From NCBI RefSeq assembly GCF_009914755.1, contig NC_060933.1: DNA of 64,000 nt. The stretch is one strand, 5' to 3'. The notes under the pieces are model-generated. The model saw only the letters and a list, made by a program, of their open reading frames with translations. It was not told the DNA's origin and did not search any database. Position numbers and translations under genes: made by a program. Each line of letters opens with the position of its first letter. Positions within the stretch are counted from its first letter, which is position 1. Of the stretch, positions 1 through 13,761 are shown piece after piece. This stretch comes from the human T2T-CHM13v2.0 reference genome, Homo sapiens.

Positions 1-824
1 ACCCTGATCAGGATAAAGCTGTAGTTTCCTAACTTTGCCAGGTGACAGAGCTATGAGCGGTGAGTTTAAACTGCAGATGCCTGGAATCCACTCCAGATCC
101 TGCCGAAATGAAGTAGTGTAGAGTGGGAGGGGGACAGAAACACTGGAATTTTAATCAACCCCCCCATTAATTTCAACGTATAACAAAAGTTGAGACAAAG
201 ATTGAGATCTACAGTATCAAGGAAAACACACTGGACTTAAAGGGCAGAAGTTACTAAAGCTCCTTAGGACAGACCCACAGCCTTATTAGGTTTGGGATTC
301 TGAGCTTAGAATAGTAGCTAGGCCCAGGTGCAACTCATTCAATGGAAACATTAATGAAAGAAGATATAAGTTCTAATCCAGAATAAATCTGGTCCAGGTT
401 TCTGTATAATAAAAGAAATAGTATCACCTCTGATTAGTCTTGTGTAATTTAAATGAAATAAAATAAAATATGAAAGAACTATTATTGTATTTTGCACATA
501 ATAGATGTTCTGAAATCGACGGTTTTCACTAGCCTTGGCTTCTTTCTATAGATCTAGATCATTGTGATAAATGCTGCAGTGGGATTTGAATTTCACTCCA
601 ACTTTCCTTCAGTTTTTTTTTTTTTTTCCTATGAGCAGGAAAATATTTAAGAGAAAAGCATCCTTATTTCCCATTTTTCTTGCTAGTCAATACTAATGGA
701 TGGATTTTTTTTCTTTTGCCTCCAGCCAATTTGATGAGAAAAGCACAGATAACACTCATCACTAGAAGCTGACTATATACACACTGGTAGCCAGGAAAAT
801 CCTAGAAACATGGGCTAGATGGAC

Positions 825-945
825 TTTTCAGGATCAACTGACTCAACCCTTCTGTATTTTACATCACAAACCTGGGGGCCAGAGAAGGCAAGTAATTTGT
901 CCACGGTCACAAAGCCAGCTAATGGCAGAGCTAAGACAAATACCT
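825..945 (-). mobile_element. MIR fragment
   Basis: ggccagagaaggcaagtaatttgtccacggtcaca...gctaatggcagagc core. Confidence 0.6.
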
Positions 946-1609
946 AATGAAATGATGATTTTCAGATTTTCTCTCTGTGGTCTTGCACCCCAAGGATCAT
1001 GAAGGAGATAGGGAGTGGGTGAAAAGAGTGGCGGGGTCCCTCCAGTCTTACTTCAACTAGAGAAAGTCAGCTTTTTATCTCTTTTGTATAGTTAAATGTC
1101 CTCAGTATAATTTCATTTGAAGACACAATTTTACCACTAAAGAGAATTGAAAAACCCTGCACTATACCACCCTGGAGTTTTTGTCACAGGTTGTATTATT
1201 TGTTTCCTTCCTACTACCTAACTCATTGCAACCATTATAAGAAAGCAATAAAACAATTGTACACATGGTGCTTGGAGCCTAGAGTTTCCATGTTATCTTC
1301 CATCCAAATGTCCTTCTTGCCTAAAATAAGATCAAAACATCACGAAGCTTTCACTGAACATGTACAAGAGAACAAATTAATACAAGAGACCCCATAGGTT
1401 TAAGATTCCAAGTGCTTAGGAGATAGTGAAAACCAAATAAGGGAAGTCTTCTCAAATATAGTGTTGTAGATTTGGAAATAATTAATTAGCTCTTCATTAT
1501 TAGAAAAGTATTTCAAATCTGCTTATGGTTAGAAGGTTAAGTCTTAAGGTTCCCCTTAAGACTTTTTAACCAAGATAAGTAAAATGTCTAGCTAGGATTA
1601 AAGGTAGAT

Positions 1610-2407
1610 GTGCCAGGGGCTGCTACTTGCTTACCCAATGGCCATTCTCTCCTTGTGAACAAACATCAGTTTTACTAAAGGAGGAAATGGGCTTATCCAA
1701 ATATGTATCCAACCTCCCTTGCAGTTGGGGGATGTCACGTGACCGTATTATGAGTAATGTGATAGGAGTATAAATGAGAGAAGGACTCCCGAAATATCTC
1801 TTAAAACAAAAATTGGCACATTTATTTTTGCCTTTTACTCACCCAGTTTTTCCTGTGTGAACATGGACATGATTGCTGGCATACCAGCAGTCACCTTGAG
1901 AGCAGGAGGATAGGAGTTATGCCCTAGGGCTGGGCGTGGTGGCTCACACCTGTAATCCCAGCACTTTGGGAGGACAAGGCAGGTGGATCACTTGAACCCA
2001 GGAGTTCAAGACCAGCCTAGGCAACATGATGAAACCCTGTCTCTAAAAGAAAGGCAAAAATTAGTGGGGTATGGTGGCACAAGCCTGTAGTCCCAGCTAC
2101 TTGGGAGGCTGAGGTGGGAGGGTCACTTGAACTTGAGCCAGGGAGATCTGATTGTGCCACTGCACTCCAGCTTGAACAACAGCGCAAGACCCTGTCACGA
2201 AAAAAAAAAAAAAGTTGTACAAATGGAGGAGCACAAAGCTAGAAAGGCCTTAAGTCTTTCACGGCCTCAGCCTGAGTGCCCATCTCCAAATGTGTTTTAC
2301 ATGAGACAAAAATAAACCCCTAATGTCTTCAAGCCACCATTTTGTCATTGTGGCTGTTGTTTGTTTTGCTTTCTAAGATTTGTTACTAGCAACCAAACAG
2401 AATTCAT
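1610..2407. mobile_element. MaLR (MLT1-like) LTR interrupted by an Alu
   Basis: MLT1-type motifs: cctcccttgcagttggggg...gtgacc, catgattgctggc...cagtcaccttg, tgagacaaaaataaaccc...aagccac, ttgttactagcaacc. Confidence 0.65.
1928..2213 (+). mobile_element. Alu (AluJ-like)
   Basis: ggctgggcgtggtggctcacacctgtaatcccagc... dimer with A tail. Confidence 0.93.
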
Positions 2408-3469
2408 AGCTTCGTAGGCAAACCGAAGTACTATAAATGAAGCTAAGCTTAAAAGCATTTCCTATGTAACAGGAAGCATTACCTGCCAAAAATCTGCCCA
2501 AGAAAGCTTGTTCAGGTGAGACTTCCTGACTTTTTTATGTTTTTCCAGCACTGAAATGTTGGAAAGTGCACATGAACAGTAAAGTACATGGGCAGCTATC
2601 CAAAGAGAATCATTGTATGTTTACCCAGCACCATACAATGAACAGTGCTGGATACGTGTTGTCCATGTGTCTATATTCCTAGGACTCAACTGAATAAAAG
2701 AAAGAGAAAATTCAAATCGTTTTCAAGACAGACTTATGTGGCCATTTAGGCCACACCACTAACTTTGACAAGACCATTTTCAGACTTGCCGTATGACTGT
2801 AGTATTAAATGACATCCATATTTACCACCCCTTTGCTTAGCCTCTGTATCAGTTCTCTTAGGCAATGTAGACTAAAAAGCATAAAACCACTGAGTCTCAA
2901 GTAGGGCTTCCAAAGCCATGACGAAGCATAGGAAGTGTGCATTGAACACATTTGTATACATGTCAGGTATAGAGAACAGCAGAGTCAAACAGAGCATGCC
3001 TTTTGAAGTCCTGAAGTTGACTAATGAGCTGGGTAGAAAATGGCATTGCGAATGTTTCCCTCTGGCCTCTGCAAGACGGAGGCAAGCAGCCACCCTCAGG
3101 ATATCTGCTCAGCAAGGCACTGGGAAGATCACTGGGGAGCTCAGAGGCACTCAGATACAGTTATCAGCAGACACAGCAGCAAACTGGAGAGCCAAGAGTG
3201 TGGTCATCTAAATGCCAGAAGCAGCCTGCCTCAAAGACCTTCAGTGGAGACCCCAAATAGGAAGGACCAATAGTGGCCAATGATGCTGATGGACACATAA
3301 AAGATTGTGATTTACCTAGCGGCATTTTTAATTTCTATAGGCAGGCAACACTCTATACTTACATAATAAGACAGATTATAAAGTGTGTAATTGACAGATA
3401 TACAATATATTCTATGAGTTAAGACTATACTGACAGACACAACAGATATACAATATATCCTGTGAGTTA

Positions 3470-3580
3470 ACCACAGAAAGTGAGGCTTACAGAGATTAAA
3501 TAAGTTGTCCAACATCATATAGCTCATAAGTGGCAGCCAATATTCAAACTCAAGCCTGTCTGCCTCTAAAGCCCATACCA
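3470..3580 (-). mobile_element. MIR fragment
   Basis: gaaagtgaggcttacagagattaaataagttgtccaacatcatatagc core. Confidence 0.6.
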
Positions 3581-3849
3581 ATAAATCCTATACCATGTAA
3601 GCTCTCTAAGAGGAAGACCTTCCCAAAGTTAGTGGCTAGGGGCCCTTACTGAAGAGTTGTAACTAAAGAAAGGGTCCTTTTGCTTCGATGAAAAGGTTGG
3701 TGCTAACCTTTTAAGTGGTGGTAAAAAGTGATGCACAGCATTGGAGTGTGGAAACGTCCTTGTGTTCTGAGAAGAACATGTGTTGTGTGTTGACTTCTCC
3801 AGTGGATGCATGAGGCATATGCGAACAGTGGGTTGGAAGACAGCCTGCA

Positions 3850-5049
3850 AAGCTTTAAACTCCAACCAAAGTAAATACATGCATCTTATTGGGGTTTTTT
3901 AGGGCAGTTGTGGCCATATATTAAAATTTGAACTTTGTGCTTCAGGAATGGGGAATAAGCACAGGGAAAGTAGAGGAAGCCATAATCTAGAAAAATAATG
4001 GAATTGCTTCATATAGGGCACCACCAAAGCTTAACTATCTCTGTGATAGTGATAGTCAAGTGCATAATTTATTTCAGCTTATTGCAATGTTGAAAATACT
4101 TCATGAATCCCTTATTTCCATCTTCATGAATCTGCAAGGAATCTAAAGACTCTAAGTTGGAAAACAATGGGCCTGGGGAAATTCACTATGGGGAAAAGTG
4201 CAGAGGGAGAAATCACTATCACAGAGACAGTTAAGCTTTGGTGGTGCCCTATACCAAGCAATTCCATTATTTTTCTAGATTATGGCTTCCTCTACTCTCC
4301 AAAACCTGTGATTGTTCCCCATTCCTGAAGCATAAAGTCCAAATTTTAATACATAGCCACAACTGCCCTAAAAAATCCAGTAAGAGCCGCTAGGTGCTGC
4401 TGTGGACTATGGGCCGCTGGGGTCGGTGAAGGATCCCAAGATGGCTGGGCAAAAACTTGCTCTAAAAATCATTGACTGGGTAACTTCTTGGGAGAGCATA
4501 TCCCGAAACCAAAAGGCCATTGCTAATTCCCTGACATCCTGGAATGAGATTCTTACCTCCAGACTGGCTATTTTACCTGAGAATAAACCATCTATTGACT
4601 GGACTTACTACAAGGCCAGTGTGGCCAAGGCAGGCTTGGTGGATGACTTTGAGAAGAAGTTTAATGCCCTGAAGTTTCCTGTACCAGAGGATAAATACAC
4701 TGCCCAAGTGGATGCTGAAGAAAAAGAAGATGTGAAAACTTGTGCTGAGTGGATGTCTCTCTCAAAGGCCAGGATTGGACAATATGAGAAACAGCTGGAG
4801 AAGATGAGGAACTTAATTCCATTTGATCAGACGACCACTGAGGACCTGAATGAAGCTTTCCCAGAAACCAAATGAGACAAGAGAAAGTATCCCTATTGGC
4901 CTCACCAACCAATCGAGAATTTATAAAGTTGAGTCCAGGAGGAAGTTCTGGCCCTTATATTACACATTCTGGACATTAAAAATAAAAATACTTATGTAGA
5001 AAAAATCCAATAAGATGCATTTATATACCTTGGTTGGAGTTTAAAGCTT
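3850..5049. repeat. Long inverted repeat: left arm 3850-4053, spacer 4054-4211, right arm 4212-4385 plus 5016-5049 (split by the retrocopy)
   Basis: Reverse-complement match read by eye, roughly 90% identity, including a 41-bp perfect run agtagaggaagccataatctagaaaaataatggaattgctt. Confidence 0.93.
4386..4999 (+). pseudogene. Processed pseudogene of mitochondrial ATP synthase peripheral stalk subunit d (ATP5PD/ATP5H)
   Basis: Intronless. ATG at 4441 gives MAGQKLALKIIDW..., premature TGA at 4873-4875, then DKRKYPYWPHQPIENL-TAA (4926): 161 codons like the parent. AATAAA at 4981; TSD AAAAAATCCA(G/A)TAAGA at 4370-4385 and 5000-5015. Confidence 0.96.
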
Positions 5050-5149
5050 GCTAGATATCTTCCCCCTCCCCCGACTGCCTTCATGTACCTCTTGTGTTTA
5101 CTAGAGAAGTCAACACACAACACATTCTTCTCTGAACATAAGGACGCTT

Positions 5150-5515
5150 CCACACTCCAATGCTGTGCATCACTTTTTACCACCAACTAAAATGCCCTTC
5201 CTTGTCCCCACATGGCAAAATATTATCTGTTCTTAAAGGCCTAGCTCAAATGCCAACTCCTTCTAGAAGCTTCCTTCAGGCCTGATGCCCTACTTTACCT
5301 CCGCATTGCCCAAACTGAATTGCCCCAAGAGAATGTATTGCCCTTTCCCCTTTTCACTTTTTTTAGGTCTCTATTTGATACTGTATTGCTACTTCTTTCG
5401 CTTAAGTGTGTCTGTGAGCTAAGTACCATAATTTATTCATATATGAATCTCTAAAACTTTGCAAGTTTCTGATATATATTGAACCATGAAGATAGAATGC
5501 TTGAATAAATTTTTG
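5150..5515 (+). mobile_element. L2 3' fragment
   Basis: aatgcccttcc...aaggcctagctcaaatgccaactccttctagaagc. Confidence 0.55.
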
Positions 5516-5556
5516 TAATATATAAAAATTATATATATTTATTGAGTACAATATGA

Positions 5557-5850
<294 letters not shown>

Positions 5851-6887
5851 TGATGATGTTTGGAAATAAGCATACACGTAGAACACTCAATCAAACTAAC
5901 TTTTGATTGGCCAGGTGAATGTCTCGGGTATAACCAGTAATCCAGGTGCTCCCCTTTTGGCACTCACCATTCTGACCTTCGAGCACTGATTGCTGAACAG
6001 ATGCTATGGTGTGATCTCATTCATTCCAACTTCAGCCAGCAAAAGGGTCTCCTGAATACTCGGTGGAAATGTGTCTTACTGTAACTTCTAACCCTTAGTC
6101 CAACTTGTGTTTCCTTGAGCCTAAGTTACATCAGTCTTCCATGTGATAGAAATTCAGTATTTTACACTAATGGATGACCCAATCCTTCCAGGTAAGCTTC
6201 AACAGTGTTATCAAGCTATCAACAGTGTTATCGAGTTCAGTTTTTCTTTATACTTATTGTGCCTACAGTAACTTTCACATTAGTTCTTCAGAGTAAAATA
6301 GAGCTTCCCAAAAATTGGGGGATGTCACAGCTTCATCTTTGCAACGAGAGTAGGAACTTGGTCAACCATTAGTGTTCAGGCTTCTGGTCACAGGTGTGTG
6401 GATTGGAGAGCATCTGCTTTTTCACAAAGAGCAGCTTAGACAATGGAGGCCTCACGGGAGACAATCATGTGTAAGGCTTTGTGTCGGGGCTAACTGACCA
6501 GTTCAGAGAAATAGAAGAGTCATCTAGGAAGGTTTCCTCAACTTCCCCTCATCAAGATATATTTAATACTCTAGATTATTCTCTGCTGTTTTTCCAGAAA
6601 AGAACTTAATGACTTTCTTCTTCCTTTTTCTTAAATTGGAAGCAAGAAATATACTACCTGAGCAATATGACCATACCATATTAGGCTGTGCTTGTTGGAA
6701 TAAGGAGTGTCTACCTTTAAAAGTAAATCAATACGTGGTTTTAAAGGATGCCACAAGTTAAGCAACATAAATACTTACATTAAGCTTCAGTAATCATTTG
6801 GGATCCATCCGGGGGAGAACAGCACAACCAAAAACCTAAGTTTGCCTCTGCAGGAGAAGCTCCAAAAAGCTCAGGCTGGGTCTCAAA

Positions 6888-6994
6888 CAGTGATTCTCAA
6901 CTCTGCACATTTGATTCACCTGGGGAGCTGTTACCATTAGCCAGGCCCACTCCTTTATGAGATTCTAATGCGAAGCCAGTATTGAGAATCACTG
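6888..6994. mobile_element. Short MER5A-like hAT-Charlie MITE
   Basis: Perfect 13-bp terminal inverted repeats cagtgattctcaa / ttgagaatcactg; internal tcacctggggagct. Confidence 0.75.
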
Positions 6995-9109
6995 GCATAG
7001 AAAGAAAATGGCGGCCTGTGGAAGTGGGGGTCACCAGAGAAGCTGGGAACCCCTCAGAAAGAGAGTCCCCAACATCAGCAGAGAGTAGCTAATTTTGCTC
7101 ATTATCCAAGAGCCTCGGACCACTGTGCCTCTGGCCTCCTCGGGTGAATAAAACCCATATGTCCCTGGGTGACCAAGCCAGTCACCACCTGGTGGTGGCT
7201 CCAAGCCAAGCAGCACATTCCCTCTGCTGGCTTCTCCCTCATCAACTTCTTGGGCTGCCGGATTTCCTCAGAGGGAGCCTCAGGACACAAAACGAATGGG
7301 GAGGTCAAGGCAGCTGTGGTAATAATACCTCCCAATATTGTAGCCTTCCTTAACAATCATCTCCCACCCAAAACTGCACTCAGGAGGAGACAGAGCAGCC
7401 CAGTAATAATGATCACATTGATAATTAAGTATCTAAGTATCCGCTATGTGGCACCAAGCTAGATGCTTTATATATATTTTTGCAAAGGTATATTATCTCT
7501 ATTAATGGGGATATCAGCGCTCAGAGTGGTTAACTTGCCCAAAAGGCTAGAACGAGCCCAAATCTATCTGGCTCTGTAACTCATGTCTTTCTATGCCATA
7601 TTGCCAGTCCTTAACTCTTACCTTCTACAGAGTGTCATTATCTGATCCTGAAATTAAATGAAGTCAGCCCAAGAAAACACCTCGGGGACAGTGGAAAGGA
7701 TGGGGCCAAGAGATTAGTGACTAGTGTCATTCATACTTCAATGTGTTAACCAGTGAGTGAGGAACCAGGCAGAGGGAGAGATCAGCTGGGATACTCTGGA
7801 GAACCAGAATTTGCATCCTATCAAGCACTAGGGAGGGAAGGGGAGAGGAGAGTGAAGAGGGGAGTGAGTGTTCAAAGCGATCAGATAAGGCCAAGGTAAT
7901 TTAACACTATAAACTTTGCTTTTTCCCTCCTAAAACCTGCTCCTCCTCTCTGTTCCTGCCAAGGAAAACTCATTTAATTCTTGTAAGATTAACCAATAAT
8001 CATGGGAATGCCAATAAGTCAAAGGCAGGGAATAGATTTCTAGTTTCATGGCTGCAACTTGAGAAGACTGATCAGGAAGTTGGTGAGAAAAAGAGGCAGA
8101 GAGGGAAGGAGGAGTGTAGTTTGGGGTCAAAGGTGTAATAAGAGGAAAAACAAACAAACAAACAAAAAATCCAAAGTTAAATTTTACTCTGTGCTGAGAT
8201 TCCACTCTTTTTGGCCCTAGCCAGAAAAACAACCTTTGTCCCATGGCAGCCAACTGGAGGGCCAGCGCCTACATTTTAGGTTAAGCCAAGAAGTGAAAAA
8301 CCTAACTTTTAGTTCGAGCGTGCAACATTCCCAAGATTGGGTTAAATTCTTCCCTGGTCTCCTCTTCTCTCATGCAAACAAGGGGAGGTGGGTGCTCGTG
8401 CTGACAGAAGTTGGGATTTCATCTCTCCCTGGAGACCATATCTGCACACTGCTTCTTAGGTCCCTCCTTTGGCATAATCAAAAGGCAACTGCAGGAAGCC
8501 AGTGGTCAGACGGACTTTCCCACAATACCAAGTTAGCACCATGTCAGGTCAGAAGAGTTCTCTGAAAGCCAATACAAACAGAGCCAGGCTTATTTCCCAG
8601 AGGGACATCCCCTTTTCTCGGGCAATGTGATATCCAGATTGTTTCTCAGATTGGCCGCTGCCCACACATCCAGGCTGGCAAGCCAAGCCCTAGGGTTGAT
8701 TTTCAAATCTCCCCAAATGACAAGCCTCCTCCCTCAGCAGGGACTGAGAATGACGGTGATCTTGGGAATCAGAAAAGGGGAAACCCTCCCTGTCCTCTAT
8801 CCCTCTATCCCTGTTGCGCAAAGAAAGAGAAAACTAATGCAGTGTGATGTGGAGGTGATGCCTGATGAAGGTGCACTGGAGGAAGGAAGGCTGGAATATG
8901 GTGCTAATCAGAGAGGAGTGTGAGAATTTTAAGAAGCTGATGTCTGTTTTTATCCCCTTGGAAGTTAGAACCTTAGGGGCACTAAGTGTGGCCTCAATCT
9001 ATAGGGCTGCCCATAAATTCATCTATAAAAAGGTCAAGAGGAGAGAGATCCAAAACTGATCACGACAATGTCTAGCATCCTTTCTGGTCTACTACGTACC
9101 AGGCATAAT

Positions 9110-9438
<329 letters not shown>

Positions 9439-10172
9439 TAATATATGATCTCATTTAATTCCCCACAACAAACTTTAAGGTGGGTCTTATTGTTTCCTTT
9501 TCATAGATGAAGATACTGAGGTCTCGAGAGTCTTAGTAATTCACCCACAAATGTTGGCACTCCTTGGGGCATTTGTCATCACTTGCCTCATTTATTTCTA
9601 TTGAACTCGTATTGCTCTCAGATTCTACTTAACCAGGAAACACTCATTAGAAGCCCTGCCCTGAGCCAAGGAAAAAGAAAGCTTGGGCCGATTTTGCTTA
9701 CTCTTGTGTCCCCAGTGCAAATCCTGGTGCTGGCATAGTTGTTGTTAATAAGATTTTATCAGAAAATGAAAATGGTCCATCTTGGCTCCTGCTTAAAAGT
9801 GAACTATCTTCCCTAAGTTGGAATTCAAGAAGCCTGAAAAACTGATGTCCAAGACACTGTGTAGTGCCAGATTATATGAGATTCGTAAGTGTTTCATAAA
9901 CGATCTTTCTCTCAAGAGTGTTTCAAAGCAAGACTGGACTACACTCCTATACCCTGCCCCTTTCTAGTTGGCTGGATGTATTTCCATGTCTGTGGCCTCT
10001 GCTTATAAGCTTTTGATTTGCAAAAGTGTCAAGTCTGAAGATGAAGCTTAGCCATGTGAAATAAGGCACTTAACAATTCCTCATTGAAAAATCACAGAAA
10101 TGTTTTTTTCAAAGATACATTTTACCCTCTTATCTATATTTATTTCCTCAGAAAACAAAAAAGAAAGAAATA

Positions 10173-10477
10173 GGCTGAGTGTGGTGGCTCACGCCTGTAA
10201 TCCCAGCACTTTGGGAGGTTGAAGCGGGCAGATCATGAGGTCAAGAGATGGAGAACATCCTGGCCAACATGGTGAAACCCCGCCTCTACTACAAATACAA
10301 AAATTACCTGGGCGTGGTGGTGTGTGCCTGTAGTCCCAGCTACTCAGAAAGCTGAGGCAGGACAATCACTTGAACTGCAAGGCGGAGGTTGAAGTGAGCC
10401 AAGATGGCACCACTGCCGTCCAGCCTGGGCAACAGAGTGAGACTCCATCTCAAAAAAGAAAGAAAGAAAGGAAGAAA
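10173..10477 (+). mobile_element. Alu (AluSc-like)
   Basis: Alu dimer with gatcatgaggtcaagagat; (AAAG)n tail. Confidence 0.93.
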
Positions 10478-11374
10478 TCCAAAGATGTTCATGGGATTCC
10501 TTTTCCTCTTTTGCAGGAAAGGCAATTCAGATATACCCTCTTTAAAATAGTAAAATACATGTAATTTTCCACCTTTAAGACAAACAGTTCTCCATTTGTG
10601 GAGAGACTTCTGAAAATAGATGCATCTGCCCCAATGCCAGAGCTTTGACGCTGGTGTATCTGTCCGAACTCACAGATCAGTTTTTCAATATATTGTAGGT
10701 AGTCTGCTCTCCAGCGTGGCCATGATTAATTCTGTCAGCTCTGAGGAGGAGGCCATTTGAGATCCTGAACCCCCACCTGGGTACGCCTCACTGTTGACTT
10801 CCATACCTGCCTAGAGCAATATGCGTTGGCTTTGGCATGTGCAGGGCCAGGCATTGCCATCAATGGAGTTCATTGTTTTGCAGCAGGCACCTGCACCTGC
10901 ACGGCAGGCTCAAACAATAAGTCCATACCCCAAACCCCTCCTTTCTCCTCAGGGCACCTACTGTGAAAGAAAACTTGTTGAGGCCTGGAAGCCCACTTTC
11001 ATCATAATTAGGCTTCTGGGCCAACAGTTAACCACCAACGTCTCTTGGTGAACACATGAAGCTACTTCCAAATCTTGGGTACCTGCAAAGCCATGGGGCA
11101 AGGCAGAGTTAGTGTTGGCTCTGTGCTCCTCTTGCCTCTGAAGAATGTTAGGCTTGAAGAATGCAGAGCACTGCACATGCTATAATTCTGTCCTGTGACT
11201 TCTGGATGCTTTAGTTTTCACAAGGGCACAGAGCAATCTTAGGCATTCTCACAATCCTCAGATCTGTGAGAACACCATGAGTAAGAGACCTGGTCACCTA
11301 CCTGAACCAGGTCTTAACCAGAGCCACAAGATAGCATCCCACACTGCAGTTCATGGCTTTCATATTCAGGTACA

Positions 11375-11575
11375 CCTGGGTTTGAATCTTGGGGCCACCA
11401 TATTCATAATGCATGAATTTGGAGTAAATTGCTTCATCTCTGAATCTCTCTTTTTTCATCTGTAAAATGGAAATGATTATGCTTATTTTTGAGAATTTAA
11501 TTTAAAATACTGGCTGTAAAATATTAAGCACAGGTCCTAACCCACAGTAATGAGTCCTTAATAAATTATAGCTAT
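11375..11575 (+). mobile_element. MIR
   Basis: cctgggtttgaatc...ttcatctgtaaaatggaaatgatt. Confidence 0.65.
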
Positions 11576-11914
11576 TACTCTGCTGTTTCACTAAAAGCCC
11601 AATGATGAATTAAGTTTAAAAATATGGTGGTAGAATAACTGACAATATATTAAGTTTTGAATGTCCAGCCTTCACCAAAATGTACGGAAGGTGTATAATT
11701 TTGAAATTGAAATTGGTGACCAAACTATTACACATCACGCAAATCCCAGAAAACAGAGATCAATGGTTGCTTTGGTTTGTAATCAAAATGTGGGATTAAG
11801 AGTATTCCGAAATCTTCAAGTTCTATAATATTAAAAAAAAAAAAAGCACGTACTTCATTGGACCAAATTTTAAGACAAACGTTAAGCAGTTTAGGTCTGC
11901 TAGTCAGATGCTAT

Positions 11915-12105
11915 TTAAACCTATTATTTCCTGCTATTTGTTGGGACAAATCACTTCGTCTCTCTGTGCCTCAGTTTTCTCATCTGTAAAATAAGAGTAT
12001 TATCAGTATACTTCTCTTTTATCAGTCTTATGAGGATTAAATAAGATAATACAAGTGAAAGACTTAGCCCAGGGCATGACTCAGTAATAATTCAACAAAT
12101 GGCAA
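11915..12105 (+). mobile_element. MIR
   Basis: tctctctgtgcctcagttttctcatctgtaaaat...tgaggattaaataagataat. Confidence 0.7.
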
Positions 12106-13761
12106 CTCCATTTACTCTTACATTGCTGCCAACAAAACTGTTTCCCTCTTATTTGAACTGTTTCCTGCCCTCTAGCATCCTCTGTGATGGACCTTCGTTA
12201 CTGTTAATAGGAAAATCTTGACATTGGCGGCTTGGTGATTTCTAACATGTGCTATTAATTTGACTTATTTCTCCTCACAACCTTCCTTTAAACTCAACAG
12301 AGAATGTGCACTGAGGCTTCTCACCAGAGGGGCAGCCTGTGGGAATGGCACTGCATCAACAGAGAGCAAGAAGGGGAGACGCACCAAAGCCAGGGCGGCC
12401 CACATGGATGGCACTGGCTCAGGTAACACGCTCACGATTTGATCAGTATTCCCAGAAAGGACATAAGCTAGAACCTAGTTTGATTTCAGGCTACCCAGGC
12501 AAGAGATCAATGTGAATATTAATGTGATCTCTACCAGACCAATGGGTTTGTGTCTTCACAGGTGAGATTCCAGAACTTTCTGGATTTGGTGGTATACCTT
12601 TTATTCCAAACCTCAAAACATATTTGGGTATTTTTCTGCTTAAATAATAATCTTCTATGCTAAATTTTTATAAGGACATAAAATTAAATGTGCTTACAAG
12701 TTTAATTAAGTTAATTTTACAGATAAGAGTAGATATAATTGGAACTTCTCAGGAAAACTGAAGATATACGTATATGTTGTATTTGGGAAGGACACAAATG
12801 TATCAGAAAAAAAGTCAAGAACATTTAAGAATTGTTTCATCTCTACTGTATTCTGTCTAATCAGTTATTCAATTAGTTAAGAGCTAGCTATAATTCTGTG
12901 ATGATTGTGGAGCTACAACTAAAATGTAAAATTGATAGGTTTATAAAAAAATTTGTGGTCTTAATTATTTCCTACTACCCAAGAATGTTATTTACATCTT
13001 TTTTTATCTTTTGGGTTTTCCCCCCTAATTTTAATATGATTCTTGCTTTTTCCAGGTTTTGTTGCACACATTAGAATATTAATATTTGGGTTCATTAAAG
13101 GGGGTTGATTACCTTCTAGTTTGTATATGTTTCTTCCAAAAGAAGAAAGCAAAGGCGACTATTACTTCCTTTCCCTTCATTTACCCTGCCTATGATGTCA
13201 ATAGGATAGAAAGTACAATTAAAATTAGGTTTAACCCTACACTTCTTAATATGTGCGTTTTTCTGAAAACTCTGGAATGGAAAAGAGTGCTTATGTTTAC
13301 AAATAGGGCGAGATATGTTTAAGTTATCATTATCTAATCTGAACACTAATTTGGAACTGATTACTTTGCTGGGTTATGAAACAATCTCAGCAGTTTCACA
13401 AATAAAAGTCCACAATAAACCCATATACTCCCACTTCTGCACTTTCTTGAAATCCAGTTTACATTGTCTTGCCTAGAATATGCTTTAATAGAAGTCAACA
13501 TTTTTTGGCATAGAAAAATCAACGATTCTCGATTCAGTCAGTCTTCTGTTTAATAAATCAAGCAATAATTACAAGGCAGTTAAGAAATGGGGATATTTAA
13601 ATCTACTGGATAATTTGGTAAGGTACTGGAAACACCAGGTTGTTTATGTGATTTTTACAAATAAGACAAAGAAGTGAGGTAGAAATGGATATTGTGCTGA
13701 AATTTTATTTTCAAATGTTTTAATTTGAATTTATTATGCCAAAGTTCCAACATCGTCATTC

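Noticed and set aside
4402-4440. N-terminal extension MDYGPLGSVKDPK on the ATP5PD-like ORF
   Set aside because: Starts at GTG in the retrocopied 5'UTR; the parental ATG is at 4441.
12077-12083. AP-1 motif TGACTCA (several more elsewhere)
   Set aside because: A 7-mer expected by chance several times in 64 kb; no clustering evidence.
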